Below, piece after piece: positions 26,801 through 39,407 of a stretch of DNA of 61,577 nucleotides. The number at the start of each line of letters is the position of its first letter. The first letter of the stretch is position 1. The notes beneath the pieces were generated by a model, which saw only the letters and a program-made list of their open reading frames with translations, did no database searches and was not told where the DNA came from. This stretch comes from Seison nebaliae (Eukaryota): NCBI GenBank assembly GCA_023231475.1, contig JALJEE010002960.1, positions 1 to 61,577 on the forward strand, written 5' to 3'. Position numbers and translations under genes: made by a program.

Positions 26801-29800
26801 CAAGAATATTTTCTTGAATAAAGCTCTGAATTGCTGCAAACCTAATTTCCATCCACTAATCAATGTGTAACTGGGATTTGTCAATTCTTCAATTTCTTTT
26901 TTATTTTCTACTTGTTCCTCATTCGTTGATTCATCTTTTAATATTAGCGATGCAACCACTTCCGATTCGAAAGAACTAAAATCAATTGAATCGATTTTAT
27001 GCATTTTTTTCTCATCTTCTAATCTTTTCTTCTCCTTTTCCAATATTTTCTTTAAATCTTCTTCATGTTCTTTCGGGACACGATATTTTATTGTTCGTTC
27101 GTCTACTGATTCGATTTTAGCTTTATGATTACCATATTGATCCTGCATTACTGCCAATAGATCATTAGACCAGGAAACAATCGATTCATTCTCCACCACA
27201 TTCAGGAACACTTCCTCCAAAGTGGTGATACTACAACCATATGAAGCGATTCTAAACTCTTTCATTTTTGAATCAAGTTCTTTCAACAATTTCGGTAATT
27301 TCTCATTTGCACCTTGTTTGGGAATGCTGAATTTCAATTCTTTACTATCCTCTGATATCAATTCTACTTTAGGGAAATTTGTCGACTTAATCCAATCATT
27401 AATTTTTTTCGAATTCTCTTTTAATTCTTTCTCGATCTCTTCAACATCTTCTTGTTCTGATGCCAATCGTGCACATGTCAAATGATATCCCTTACCATAT
27501 CTGTTCTTCAAATCATGATTCGTATCTTGTACCATCAAATTACCTTTAACCATTATGGCAATCCGATCGCCCAGATTGTCAGCCTCATCCATAAAATGAG
27601 TAGTGAGAATAATCGTTTTGCCTTTCTTTTGATTTAGAAGAATCTTCCAAATTTCACGACGTGCCTTCGGATCTACACCAGCCGTCGGTTCATCTAAGAT
27701 CACAATTTTCGAATTACCACAAAATGCAATGCCAATACAAAGACGACGTTTCTGTCCTCCTGACAATTTTTTTGCTTGTTTATTCCTCTGTTCTTCAAGA
27801 TTCAAATCTTCCACATATTTATCTACTTCATTTTTCACATTGACAGCTCCTTTCAATTCAGCAAAGAACGTCAATTGTTCTTCCACCGTCATATACTCGA
27901 AGAATACGTTATGTTGTTGACAAACGCCAAGATTATTACGGATAGATGACAAGTCTCTCCTCAAATCATACTTATCATCAACATACATTGTTCCTTCAGT
28001 TGGAGCGATAATTCCGGTCAACATACTAATTGTGGTACTTTTACCAGCACCATTTTGTCCTAAAAACGCTGTTATCTCATTGCCATAAACATCCATATTA
28101 AGCCCACAAACTGCTGTTTTAGTCGTTTTCTTACAACACATTCCTTGAGTGAATACCTTTAAAGAATTTAAAATTAAATTTAATTTTCACAATTTTTTTC
28201 AAACTTTTTTCAATTTCCTTATTTTTATCGTCGGTTTCTGATAACGTTGGTTAGTGAATTGTTTATCTTCCGCTTCTTCAGATTTGTCTCTCACACTGTT
28301 CTTTACATCACAACACTGGGAACGAAACAAAATTATTTATTAGAATTCATATTATAGAAAGGAAGAAAATTAGAAAAACCGGAAAAATGTAATACCATTT
28401 TTTAGCGATACCATATTGACCTGGATTCACGTCATCGACATAGACTGCCAATAGACCGTAGAGAAATATATCCAAAACCATCATACCAAAAACGTGAGCG
28501 AATGTAAATGAATCTTCTAATGACGACGGTTCGTTTACCGTTTCGGTTACAAGTCCAATATTGGTTGATTCTAATCGAGAAAGTACTCCGGTTCCACTGC
28601 TGAAAGCGAAATTGGGTAAAAGACATAATAGACATCTCGCAGCTACAGGTATTATCTTCCCGTTGAGGAAAGTACTAGGTAGATAAGACGCAAAAGTTAA
28701 AAGACCACCACCCATGGCACCCGTGTACCCTGAAAATATAATAAATTGTTAAAGAGATTAGATTAAATATTAGAAATAGAAAAAGAAAACCTTGAGAGAA
28801 TATACTTGAAAGGAGAAATATGAATGTGATGTTAGACAAGTAGAATAGGAAGAAGAATATGAAGATATATCCATAACTGGAATGTTCAAGAACGGCAACT
28901 TTAAACGCTGTGTTAACCGGTTGTAACTTAATCTTTAAAAAGTATTCATTATTATCTAACTAATTTTAAATAATTATGTGTAACTTTAAAAGCTCCGGCG
29001 ACTATTAACGAGAAGATCAGTCCAATAATGCACATCTTCACGAAATAGATGAACCATTGTAAATAACGAGGTATGCCATGTAATTTCAACAATTCTTTCA
29101 TACCCATTTCTTTCTCTACCGTAATTTGTCGAACGTTTAAAATGGCGACAAATACCATAGCTAGAATGAAAATTAATGGCAATTGTGTTTCAATTGTTCG
29201 CACGTTACTATCAACAACATATGGAGGATATGGTATTCGTTGTAAGTTAGGAGACATCCTAATAGTATCTCTCCCAAACGCTTTACTATTTGGGGTAGTT
29301 CCAATTTGATCTTCCATAATTGCACGATCGACTGCTGACTGAATTCCTAAAAATCCATCAGTCGCATAATCTGTTTTCATTTTCCAATTATTTCAATTTC
29401 AAAAAATTATTTCAATAACTTGGTTTCCCATATATAGAAATTGGATTTTTAGTTGTAGAACGAACAGAAAGACCCTCAGATAAACGTCCCGTATTCCAAA
29501 ACGTCTTTTTCTTAGTAGTCCTAAATCTCATAGGTAAACGAATCTTGTAAGTTATCTTATATCGCTCTCCTGCGGATATTGGAGGATTTGTTTCAAATAT
29601 GACAACTCCCAGCCATTCCGAATCTACAAATAAATACTCTCACTTATTTTCAATTAGATAATTTTAACTTTTTTCTTCAACATCGTTTAACATCAATCCT
29701 TCACTATCATAGGGAACTAATGGTTGTGTTAACGATAAATACGTATGAACGTTATCCATTATTCGTTGCGTTTGTGCATTATGTGGTGCATACACTAATT

Positions 29801-30029
29801 TTTTTAATTTAACTGACGGAGCTATAACGTTGGTAGGATTATAATCGGCCCATTCTGTTGGTGTATTCTTCACATTAACCGGTATTATGTTTCGTACAAT
29901 TAAGAACAAAGGAAATGCGATCAATAATGGAATTAATATTTCCAAGATCGTCATTACAATGTTCCGTTTCATGTAGATCACCATCTTCTTCGAAAGAAGC
30001 TTGAGTTTACCTAGGTTATTGTTGCCCAT
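23849..30029 (-). CDS. ABC transporter subfamily A (ABCA3-like), full transporter, spliced
   Basis: Two NBDs (GQNGAGKST, LSGGQKRRL, ILDEPTAG; GANGAGKTT, YSGGNKRKL, LLDEPTSG), two TM bundles, TTLEEVF and STLEQVF regulatory-domain motifs. Confidence 0.92.
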
Positions 30030-30143
30030 TTTATTTTCGAAGTCTGCTAAAACATTCGATAAATTTTTAGAAACTAATGAAAATTTTCGTTTTAATTCTG
30101 TGCAAAACAAGAAGATCTTTATACAAAATATAGAAATGATTTA

Positions 30144-30157
30144 GTTTCCAAGGGAAC
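30144..30157. promoter_or_regulatory. X-box-like site upstream of the ABCA gene
   Basis: GTTTCCAAGGGAAC, about 115 bp upstream of the ATG at 30029. Confidence 0.45.
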
Positions 30158-30898
30158 ACATGTTACCATCATTTCTTATATAAAACGATCCCTTAAAGAA
30201 AAGTGAAGGCCGTGTGACCAAAAAAATTTATTATGTCCATCCTATGATTTAGACGATTTTCTTTTTTTTCCCACACCCTCTAATACTCGTACGAATAAGG
30301 TATTCCGAACATAATTGGACATTCAATATTATTCAAAAAGAGAAATACATCATTCTATTCACTTGAATATATAAGTGACCAATATCGAGAAAATACAAAA
30401 TTTAATTATTGTTCATAAAAAAACAATAATATACACTGTATATTATACAGTGATGTTTTAAGAGTAGTAAATTTTGGGTTGATTTAGAATCGCGGAAAAC
30501 GACTAACTGATAGAAAAGAAATTATTGTAGGATAAAAAAAATTCTCAATAAATTTTGCTCAATTTTAGAAACGAAAATGAGTATTTTTAATTAATATAAT
30601 TTTTTTTACGAAATTATTGCAAACATGAAAACAGTAATTTGAATCGATTCTTCTATCAAAATTAATTGTGAAAGATGTTTATAATAAATATTAAAATGGA
30701 ATTTCTAATATATTTGGAATTCTATATGTGTGATAAGAATTGGAGTGAAGTTAACAATTATTCATTGACTTCTTTCAAGAAAGTTTTATAGAAATGAATT
30801 TTTTAATAATGGAGAATATTTCATTCATTTTCTTTTTCAGCATTAAAATTTTCTACCATTATCGTTCATAATACTTGTTAATGTAATATCTCATTTAT

Positions 30899-31250
30899 GG
30901 GGGACAGACAATTCAGAGACTCGACAATTCGGAGACGTGCCAATTCGGAGACCGACAATTCGGAGACGCGACAATTCGGAGACCATTTTTAATATTGTAG
31001 TGAATAGTGTAACAAGATGGTAATTTTTTTTGTTAAAAATATTACTTACGATATGTTAGTACGATGCCTTTTAATACATACGATTTAAGATACGATTTTT
31101 GCACCCCTAGGGGTGCAAAAATTTCCCTTTTTTAATAGGTTAAATGGGGGTGCAAAAATTTGTGGGTCTCCGAATTGTCGCGTCTCCGAATTGTCGGTCT
31201 CCGAATTGGCACGTCTCCGAATTGTCGAGTCTCCGAATTGTCTGTCGTTC
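30899..31250. mobile_element. Non-autonomous foldback/Mutator-like MITE, 352 bp
   Basis: 86-bp terminal inverted repeats (30899-30984 and 31165-31250), each with five CAATTCGGAGAC units (one unit has a single mismatch). 9-bp direct flanking duplication CTCATTTAT (30890-30898, 31251-31259). G...C termini. No ORF. Confidence 0.9.
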
Positions 31251-32065
31251 CTCATTTATTACCATGATCATTAAACTCACGTCAGTTAAAATTTAGTTAT
31301 TTTTCCGTTTTTTATCCGATTCAAGAACTGTACAAAAGTTCATGGAGTTATTGTTCTTAATTAATCATATTTCAATTGTTATTCAATTTGTGAATTGTAT
31401 TCAAATTTCAAAATAATTAAAATTTTTCTTTCATAAATATCGGTAATGAAAAATTCATTTAACAAAGGCTAATTACTTTTAATTATTCTCAGTTTAGAGA
31501 ACGTCACAATTAGATTACTAGATATAAACTTTCAATTCGTTTCATCATTTTATCGATGATACATTCTACAATTAATTGAGATTTTGAAAATTCCAAACGC
31601 ACATCAATAATGTTTGAAAGAGAATTACAATGGTAATATTATAGTCGTATTCAAAATTCAATTATTCAAAAAAAAAACTTTAGTTCTTTGAGAAAAAAAT
31701 GAATAAAATTTAGAACTGATAAATTCATTCAAGTATTCCTTCAATGGTTCTTATATGACCTTGATCATGATGATTTTAATCAATATGCAGAATATAAAAT
31801 TGACCGTTGGTATAAGGAATGAAGAGTTTGTTAAAATGTACAAATAAGTTTTTATTTGGCAAAGAAAAATGAAATGGTTTAATTTAGAATTTTGTAAAAT
31901 GGAATGAAGATAAACAAATGAGAAATGTGAAGGAAAATAAAATAAAAGAATACGCCAATAGTAAAAAAATAAAAATGTTTCATTTTGACTAATCGAAAGT
32001 TCAGCTTCATCACCTTTCAGATGGTGATTTTTATTGAAATTGAATGTAAAAAAATTTCGATGTCT

Positions 32066-33459
32066 TCAGGGTAGAATGTGTAAGTAACAATCTGGTACTA
32101 GTCCGCTGATACCGTTATCGATACTAATTACATTCCACCAACCGGAGCCGATTAATTCGCACGATTGAAAACGGTCTCCTACTCTGAAAGATAATTCGGT
32201 TGAATCACTTCCATCTCGATCATAAATAGCTTCATATGTCGCTTCGAAATTCGGTTTCGACCCCTTCGAATTACTAGTCATTGCTATCGTACTTGCATAA
32301 GCACTATCATTTCCATCACTTTGTGTATTGGAATCATTCGGACTAACTTCTTTACCATCCAAAATAATCCAATCATATTCTGTGGTTTCCTGATGATTTT
32401 TCGAATTTTCATTTTTTTTCTTAATTTCTTTTATATTTCCATCGATGATGATCGTTTCACAACTTTTCGTTTCGTCAACTTTTTCCATCTTCTTCTCATT
32501 ATTTCCGTTTATTTCAATTTTATCTTCAGTTTTCAAATGATTTTCCTTTATTTCAATTCGATTTTTACTTTTCAAATGATTATCATTAATTTCTATTGAA
32601 TTTTCATTTACAATATTTTTATTTGCATGATCCAATTTTGTAATGATATTCTCCGTCGTATTATTATCCATTTTCTGATGATCATTTTTCACAGAAATCT
32701 CATTCTTCTCACTAGTAGAAGTTTCATTTGAATTATTGAAATGTTGTTTCTCTATACATTTTTTAATAAGATCTTTCGACACGACATCTTCGTTTGTGGG
32801 ATTATAATCGAAAATTGAACCGATCGTTCTAGCTGGAACGACTTTCTCTATAGATGCACAGTCGAGTGATGGTCTTAATTTATTGATGATAGAAGAAGAG
32901 ACACCGTTGGACTCATTCACATTGAATGTAATGACATTGTTATATTTTGTTGGAATATCGACCGACTTTCTCATCGGTTTGATGGAGGTCGTTTCCTTCC
33001 CTTCATCATGACTAAATCGACTTTTATTAAAATTTTTATGATAGACACTTTGTGAAACGAATTGTTGATTCTGCTTCAATCGTTCTGTTTCAGGATCGTT
33101 CACAATCGATGTCTTCTGACCTCGAATGGTTTGATTAAAATCAGCATGATATTTAACTGATGATTGAATTTCGGTGTTACGTTTTATTCGTTGCATTTCC
33201 GGATTGTCAGCAACGGCCGAATGGGAAATTCTTGGAAGATGACTTTGACAATATGGTTCCTTTTCGAATCCTTTATAATTCTTCACATTCAATAACATGT
33301 TACAAGTGACACATCTAAAACAAGTTTTATGCCAAATCTATAAAGTTTCAAATGTTTTATTTTTAAAATGAAATATCTAACTTTATCGAGACACTTCAAT
33401 TCTTCTAATGGATAAACATTTTTGGCACATTTCGCACAAAATTTTGGACGATACATCAT
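32066..33459 (-). CDS. LASP1: LIM and SH3 domain protein (LASP family)
   Basis: MMYRPKFCAKCAKNVYPLEELKCLDK|IWHKTCFRCVTC LIM domain (44-nt intron at 33338-33381), nebulin repeats (QSSVKYHADF, VSQSVYH), C-terminal SH3. Confidence 0.88.
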
Positions 33460-33918
33460 CGGAAGAATTTCTCTCCAAAATAATTTAATTCTACGAAGAA
33501 GAAAGAATGAATAATTAATTAGCCTCCGCGAAAGTTATTCGACATTTCTTCTTTATATAAATGAGTCGATCGAAACGAGTCGTTCTTAAATACAGTTATG
33601 TAAACACACAAGTACAGAGGAGTCATGTACATGTAGTTCGATATTACCATAAAAGTAGATTTTCCTTATGTGGAAATATGAGTCAGAAAATAAATAGCTG
33701 AATATTAAATAAATAATTATCATCAATTGTTATATTGAGTAACAGAAGGATGTATTGTAAAAACATACGAAGTTTACAGTTGACATTTACATTCCAATAC
33801 CAGGGACAGTAGTTCAACAACTTTATTTGAATATTTGGGAAATTATCGAATTTATAAGCTTAAAATTTAAAAATAATGATTCGAAAATTTCAAACATTCA
33901 ATCTTTTAAAAAAATTTC

Positions 33919-33932
33919 ATCACCATGGTAAC
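33919..33932. promoter_or_regulatory. X-box (RFX site) upstream of CFAP299
   Basis: ATCACCATGGTAAC (reverse complement GTTACCATGGTGAT), 50 bp before the ATG. Confidence 0.65.
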
Positions 33933-33982
33933 GGAGTGCTTAGTATATTCTAATAATAATTTTCTTTTAAAATACATTAATA

Positions 33983-34949
33983 ATGGAAGACGAGGAAGTT
34001 ACGGGACATGACATAGTTGCCGAATATGCGACATATGAAGAATTCCTCGATTCACAAATAACTCCCACCGATCTATTTTATTTAGAAGTTAATAAATTTA
34101 CTAAATGGAATTTAGTTGTCACTAAATAAATTGACATTTTCGAATTGTAGGATGAAGAATTAGCTCGACAATTAGTTGAGTTAGGCTATCGCGGTTCAGG
34201 AGAAGTTTTAAGACGAGAAGAATTCGATGCGAGAAAAGCGGCTATCGAAGCATTGAAACAAAATAAACAAGCTGAAAAAAAGTTAAATGAAACAAAATTG
34301 TTGAAAGAAAAAATTCTATTCAAACTCCCAAATCTAGAGTGTTATGTAGCGCTAATAAAAAATTGACAGATCCCTTTCTACTTGCTTTAGCACAAAGGGA
34401 AGGACCAAATCGTACTGGAAAAATGACGGTTTTTTTGCCATCAAATAATAATAATAAAATAATTAATATGGATTAATTAATTTAGACGATAATCTTTATT
34501 AGAGATAAGAATGCGAGAGGACAAGAGATTAGTGGATATATTGATTACGCGAATCGATTAAAAACGGATGATTTCGAACCGATTTTTCTCGGCAAGAGAC
34601 GACTATTACCGAAACCGACCGATTTGAGGTTAATCGATTAGAAAAATTATTTGATTAACTAGAATTATTTGTAGTTTCTATAATTGGGAGAGTCATTTGT
34701 CGACTTCAATTCCAACATCAAACTATCAGATCATTTGTGAAAGTAGTCGAGGATTATTATTTAAGAATAAAAGAGATCGAAAAATCATTAACGTTGATCC
34801 GAGAGTTCATCATCATATTTTCTCTTTAATAATAAATCTCTTTTTGGAAGGCAACCAATCCAGGTGATAATACGACAAGATTCGAATTAACATGTCCTCG
34901 ATATATTCAATCAGTGTTTTATGATCATGTAACTCGAAGGAAAACTTAA
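33983..34949 (+). CDS. CFAP299: Cilia- and flagella-associated protein 299 (C4orf22), 6 exons; absent from the ORF track
   Basis: Spliced: [60 protein letters not shown]...[25 protein letters not shown]...[10 protein letters not shown]. Five GTT introns. Confidence 0.93.
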
Positions 34950-35330
34950 GATTGATTTGATTTGAATTGAACTGGTAAGAGTCAAATAAAAAAAAAGTTG
35001 TGAAAGTTAAAGTAAAGTAAAGACTTACTTCCTCTGTCGATTTGGGTAGAATGTGATAGATTCATAGGAATCTCTCTTTTCCGTCGTTGTGAGAACGTCG
35101 TTTTTTGGGGAACGTCTATCTCTTTTCTTTCCATGATTCAATGGTAATAATTTAAGATCCGTTAGTCCTATATGTGGTTGTGGAAGATGTTGTCATTCGA
35201 TAAGACGTGATTCTCTTTGTATATGTTGACGAAGAATTATATTGAGAGAAGAAAAGATTTTTCTTTCGTTTTATTTTCCATTCCATTGATCCATCCAAAT
35301 TCTCCTCATTATATTCCTTCTCTACTAAAC

Positions 35331-36001
35331 ATGAATATCAATAAAATATTTCAAATCATTTCCAAATTCCTTTTAAGTTAGATTTCTTTTAATTAAATAA
35401 ATTCTTTAAATTTTTTCCATTTTTCAGTTGGCGAAATATTTGGCGAGTCGTTCTATAGTCACACTCTTCGTAAAGTGAAGGAAGTTCTTCCTATGAAACA
35501 ATCGGTGTCGTCGATATTCAGAAGAAATTCTTTAGCAAAGTTTATGGAACCGAAATCTTTCCGTTGTTGGAGATGTGATTATGATAGGAAGGATCAATGT
35601 GTGAAGAAATTTGATTTCACTAAATATGCTCCAATTCAATGTGATGGCAAATGCATCAAATCGTTCAAGAGAGCAGAAATCCGCACACGTGAAGATATCG
35701 AAAAGGCAGAAAGTTTTATTTAAGTTTTTTTACTATATTTTCATCAAATCCAACAATAGATATGGCGACAACAAGAAAATGTGTTTCAAGAATAGAATTG
35801 GATTCACTCACCACAATGGGAATGAAGACTCCGAACGGTTGTCAAATATTACGTCTATCGAAGACGTTCTCGAAAGTGGTATGTTTTTGCGACAGTGACA
35901 TGTGTAATTCTACAATTATAATAACAATGAGATCAACGATAATACCGATGATATCATCATTATTCATGGTGATCGTCATCTTTTCATTAATATTCAATTG
36001 A
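35331..36001 (+). CDS. Quiver/sleepless-like Ly6-uPAR three-finger protein, probably GPI-anchored, 3 exons
   Basis: CWRC..C..CDGKCIK..RKC..GC..CFCDSDMCN followed by a hydrophobic C-terminal tail. Confidence 0.75.
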
Positions 36002-37694
36002 TGTACCGCAAGAAAGAAAAGAAAATATTTCTTTTACATAATCGACGGACGACAAGTAGAAGATCTGATAAGTCGAAAGATTTATTCGGACGAGTAGATG
36101 ATATTTCTCTCACACTTCATTCGTTTCCGATTACAATGTTCAAATTTAATGTTAAATAATCATGAACCTGATGACGAAATCATCACTCGAAAAACAAATG
36201 ACAATTTTTTTTTAATCAAAATAAATTTTATTTTTGTTCTTATTATTATATAATTCGATTAAACTGACAAATAGAAAAGAGGAATGTTGTTGTTCTTCTT
36301 CTTCTTTAATTTATAGTTCATTCTTTATCTATTCCGTCTTTCTGTAAACATTATGGGGAGTTGAGTGTTAATCTCAATTACCGTTCACCATATCATCATC
36401 GATATCACCTCCGCCTTATCACATTTAGTCGAAATTTGTTTCTCGTGAAGTAAATCTTTATATCCACAACTATTACGGAAGGGAAGAAAGAAGAACTTCT
36501 CTTCTTTCTTTTTTTAAATGATCATCATTATCGTCTTTTTTTTCTTTTTCTAAACGATCGTCATTATCTTCATTCTTTTATTTGATAAGTTCATTTTAAC
36601 GTTTATCATTTTCGTTCAATAATGTTAGTAATCCAACTCCATCGATTGTTCTCTTTATCGTTTCGAGCATAATCGTTTTATTCTCGTATTTAATCCGTAG
36701 GAAAATATATTGGGATGACTGGACGGATATTTCACGATTTAATTGATAAGATAGAATCTATCATAATTTTCTAATATATTCGAGGTTAATCCCATTCGAT
36801 ACCATTGTCATCAAATGGTAAAGAATGAGACATCGATCGTCGAACGAGGACAATATAGTTGAACTGGTTCCATTTCCAATTCATCCTCTTTTCTTATCTC
36901 TATATCCCAATTGAACCACATCCTTATCAACGCAAATCGAAATGTTTATCTTTCATATCTCGTACGATTAGTAACATCAATTCTCTAACTCCCCCAACCA
37001 ACCAACTAACAACAACAACAATAAATTTAACGTTTCGATGTAAACAGTTCAAATAGTTTATTGTTAGATGTTTCCATCATTTCCTGATATGTCTCATTTC
37101 CTTCATTGGGAGAATGGGAAGTTTCGGGAAGAATTTGTACGACGGAAAACAATCGATTCTCATACTTCCTTCAATCTGCTCCCCTCAAACTTTCATTATC
37201 CATCACACAGCATTAGTTAGAATGGAAGACAATGGAATGGAGAATGAGGAAGCGGAAAACAGATTTATTTCAGTCTTCGAAATCACCCACCTATACTCTC
37301 CAGATATAGAAGGAGAAAAGATAATTCAATTTTTCTTTCACTTCCATGAGATCTATTTTGAGAATCATATGTCTTTCTAAGAACATTTTATTATCTGAAG
37401 TAAATGACTAAATTGAGAGGATTGGATGTCATGGACCATCGTTTCTGTTAGTTTGATATTTATAATATTCGTAGTCGGAAAACATTTCTTATAAATTCCT
37501 TCAACCATGATTCAAGGAGAGAAGTTGAAAATGTCATTAAATTCTCAATGTTAAATCTTCTTTTATAATTCATTCTAGATATCGATTCGATATATACATA
37601 TATATAGAGAGATTCAATTCTCACAAATTTTTAGATAGTTTATATTCTTGATGGTACTGTTTACCAATAAATCAAGGTCACGATATCAATATCA

Positions 37695-38303
37695 ATGTTC
37701 ATATCATCAATTAAATCAATCATTCTCAACATTTTTCTCATTATAACGATCTTCGTACAAAGTTATTTCTCTTCCTTTCCCAACACAACTTGTAAACAAT
37801 TCTCTAAACAAAACTTTGAATAATTATCAACAGAATTCAATTTTCAATTTGGAGAATTAGATTTCATTGGATTAACCATCAAATGTTGGCATTGTGATGC
37901 GAAGGAAGCGGAATGTCGACGGAACTTCGATTTCACAGAACATTCTTACCAGATCTGTGATGGCAAATGTTGGAAATCTTATGAAATTTTAAAAATCACA
38001 AAAAAAGAAGATATCATCAAAGCGACACGTTAGAATAATTAAATTTTTTATTATTTATTATTTTCTTAATTCTCATAGAAACGCCAGTCAACCGACGTTG
38101 TTTTACCAGTGAAGAATTAATAAAGGCGAACTCGTTAGGTTTAGATACGAGCAATGGTTGTAGGAAAGTAAGCATGAGAGAGAAGACGCGAATGTTTTGT
38201 TTCTGTGATAAAGACATGTGCAATAGAACAATATCGATTCATTATTTTATTAGTTACCAATATTTATTTATACTTTCATCAATTCTCCTTCTCACCAATT
38301 TGA
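37695..38303 (+). CDS. Second quiver/Ly6-like paralogue, 3 exons; absent from the ORF track
   Basis: Signal peptide MFISSIKSIILNIFLIITIFVQ; KCWHC..EC..FDFT..CDGKCWKS..RRC..NGC..CFCDKDMCN. Same cysteine spacing and equivalent intron positions as the 35331 gene. Confidence 0.75.
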
Positions 38304-39131
38304 TACGTGAATAAACTCATTAAGTTTCATCTTCTCCTTATCTCTATTATTCTCTTCGATCGATCGTTGTTTCCGTCGAATCTGCGTCGTCCAATTCTCA
38401 ATAAATTCCCGATATTGTAACGTTATCTCTTCTCCATCCAACAACTCCAATTTAGGACAACTGATGGTCATTCGTTCTTTATATTTCGGTTTCTTAACTA
38501 CTTCGTTATCTGTACAATCCAATTCTTCCAATCGACTGAATTGCGAGACACAATTCATCAAATCTTTCACATCACTCAAACAATTGGATGTTAACGAAAG
38601 ATTTTTCAAATTATAAAATATTGTGATATTTGTCTCCGTTAAATTTGTAAGGTTGTTTCCTGATAAATTTAACACTGTCAACATATCTAATTGCACTGTC
38701 GATATATCCACAAAAATTGAATCGAATTTCTCCATTTTTTGCGATTCCATGAACAATTCCCTCAAATCTTCACATGGACGCAAATTTTCGATAAGGGAAA
38801 TTTGATTCTCTCCGATATTTAAACGTCGCAACTGTCGTAGGTTTGACAGATGATCAATTTCACTAATATCATTATTTTGCACATTCAATTCGATTAAGTT
38901 GGGAGCGAAATCTAATCCTTCCAAAGTAGTCAAATTGTTGTTGTACAAATAAATAACCGTTAGGGAAGCGAATTTCGGTTTAATATCGATACCGGTAATC
39001 TTCCGATTATTTAATTGTAAATGTGTGATTTTGGTGAATGGTGTTTTGGGTTTAGGGATTTTCAATCTCGAAGTGCTCTTCTTTGACGAATTGGTTATCT
39101 TATCAACATAATCTATATTTAATATTGTCAT
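38292..39131 (-). CDS. PPP1R42: Protein phosphatase 1 regulatory subunit 42 (LRRC67/TLRR), intronless ORF
   Basis: KITHLQLNNRKI..LTVIYLYNN..LRELFMESQ..KPKYKERMTISCPKLELLDGEEI..FIENW matches the PPP1R42 LRR and LRRcap layout. Confidence 0.85.
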   Translation of the reverse strand: MTILNIDYVDKITNSSKKSTSRLKIPKPKTPFTKITHLQLNNRKITGIDIKPKFASLTVIYLYNNNLTTLEGLDFAPNLIELNVQNNDISEIDHLSNLRQLRRLNIGENQISLIENLRPCEDLRELFMESQKMEKFDSIFVDISTVQLDMLTVLNLSGNNLTNLTETNITIFYNLKNLSLTSNCLSDVKDLMNCVSQFSRLEELDCTDNEVVKKPKYKERMTISCPKLELLDGEEITLQYREFIENWTTQIRRKQRSIEENNRDKEKMKLNEFIHVSNW

Positions 39132-39407
39132 ATTTTTATTGATTATGATTGACTCATAAGTTATTACGATAGTTACTTAAAATTATAATTAATTTGTCTA
39201 ATATTCTTTAGTGTAATATTCTAAAATTTTTGATATTCAAAATTTTGGCTTGTTCTTTTTATGAGCTGAAGTTTTAAATCTTTATTTCATTAAAATAATA
39301 TTTAAAAATCTCCCATATTAATTTCATATTAAGAGAGAAGAAACTATGGTAATTTCTAAGAAACCTAACCTGTTTGTGTTCGATTGTGCTACTTCTGGAA
39401 TTTAGCT

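Noticed and set aside
30899..31250. CRISPR-like array
   Set aside because: Units of about 16 bp without unique spacers, arranged as inverted arms with a TSD in a eukaryotic genome; this is a MITE.
39340..39364. X-box in the PPP1R42 / DZANK1-annexin shared promoter
   Set aside because: GAAACTATGGTAAT and ATTTCTAAGAAAC are only partial matches; too weak to call.
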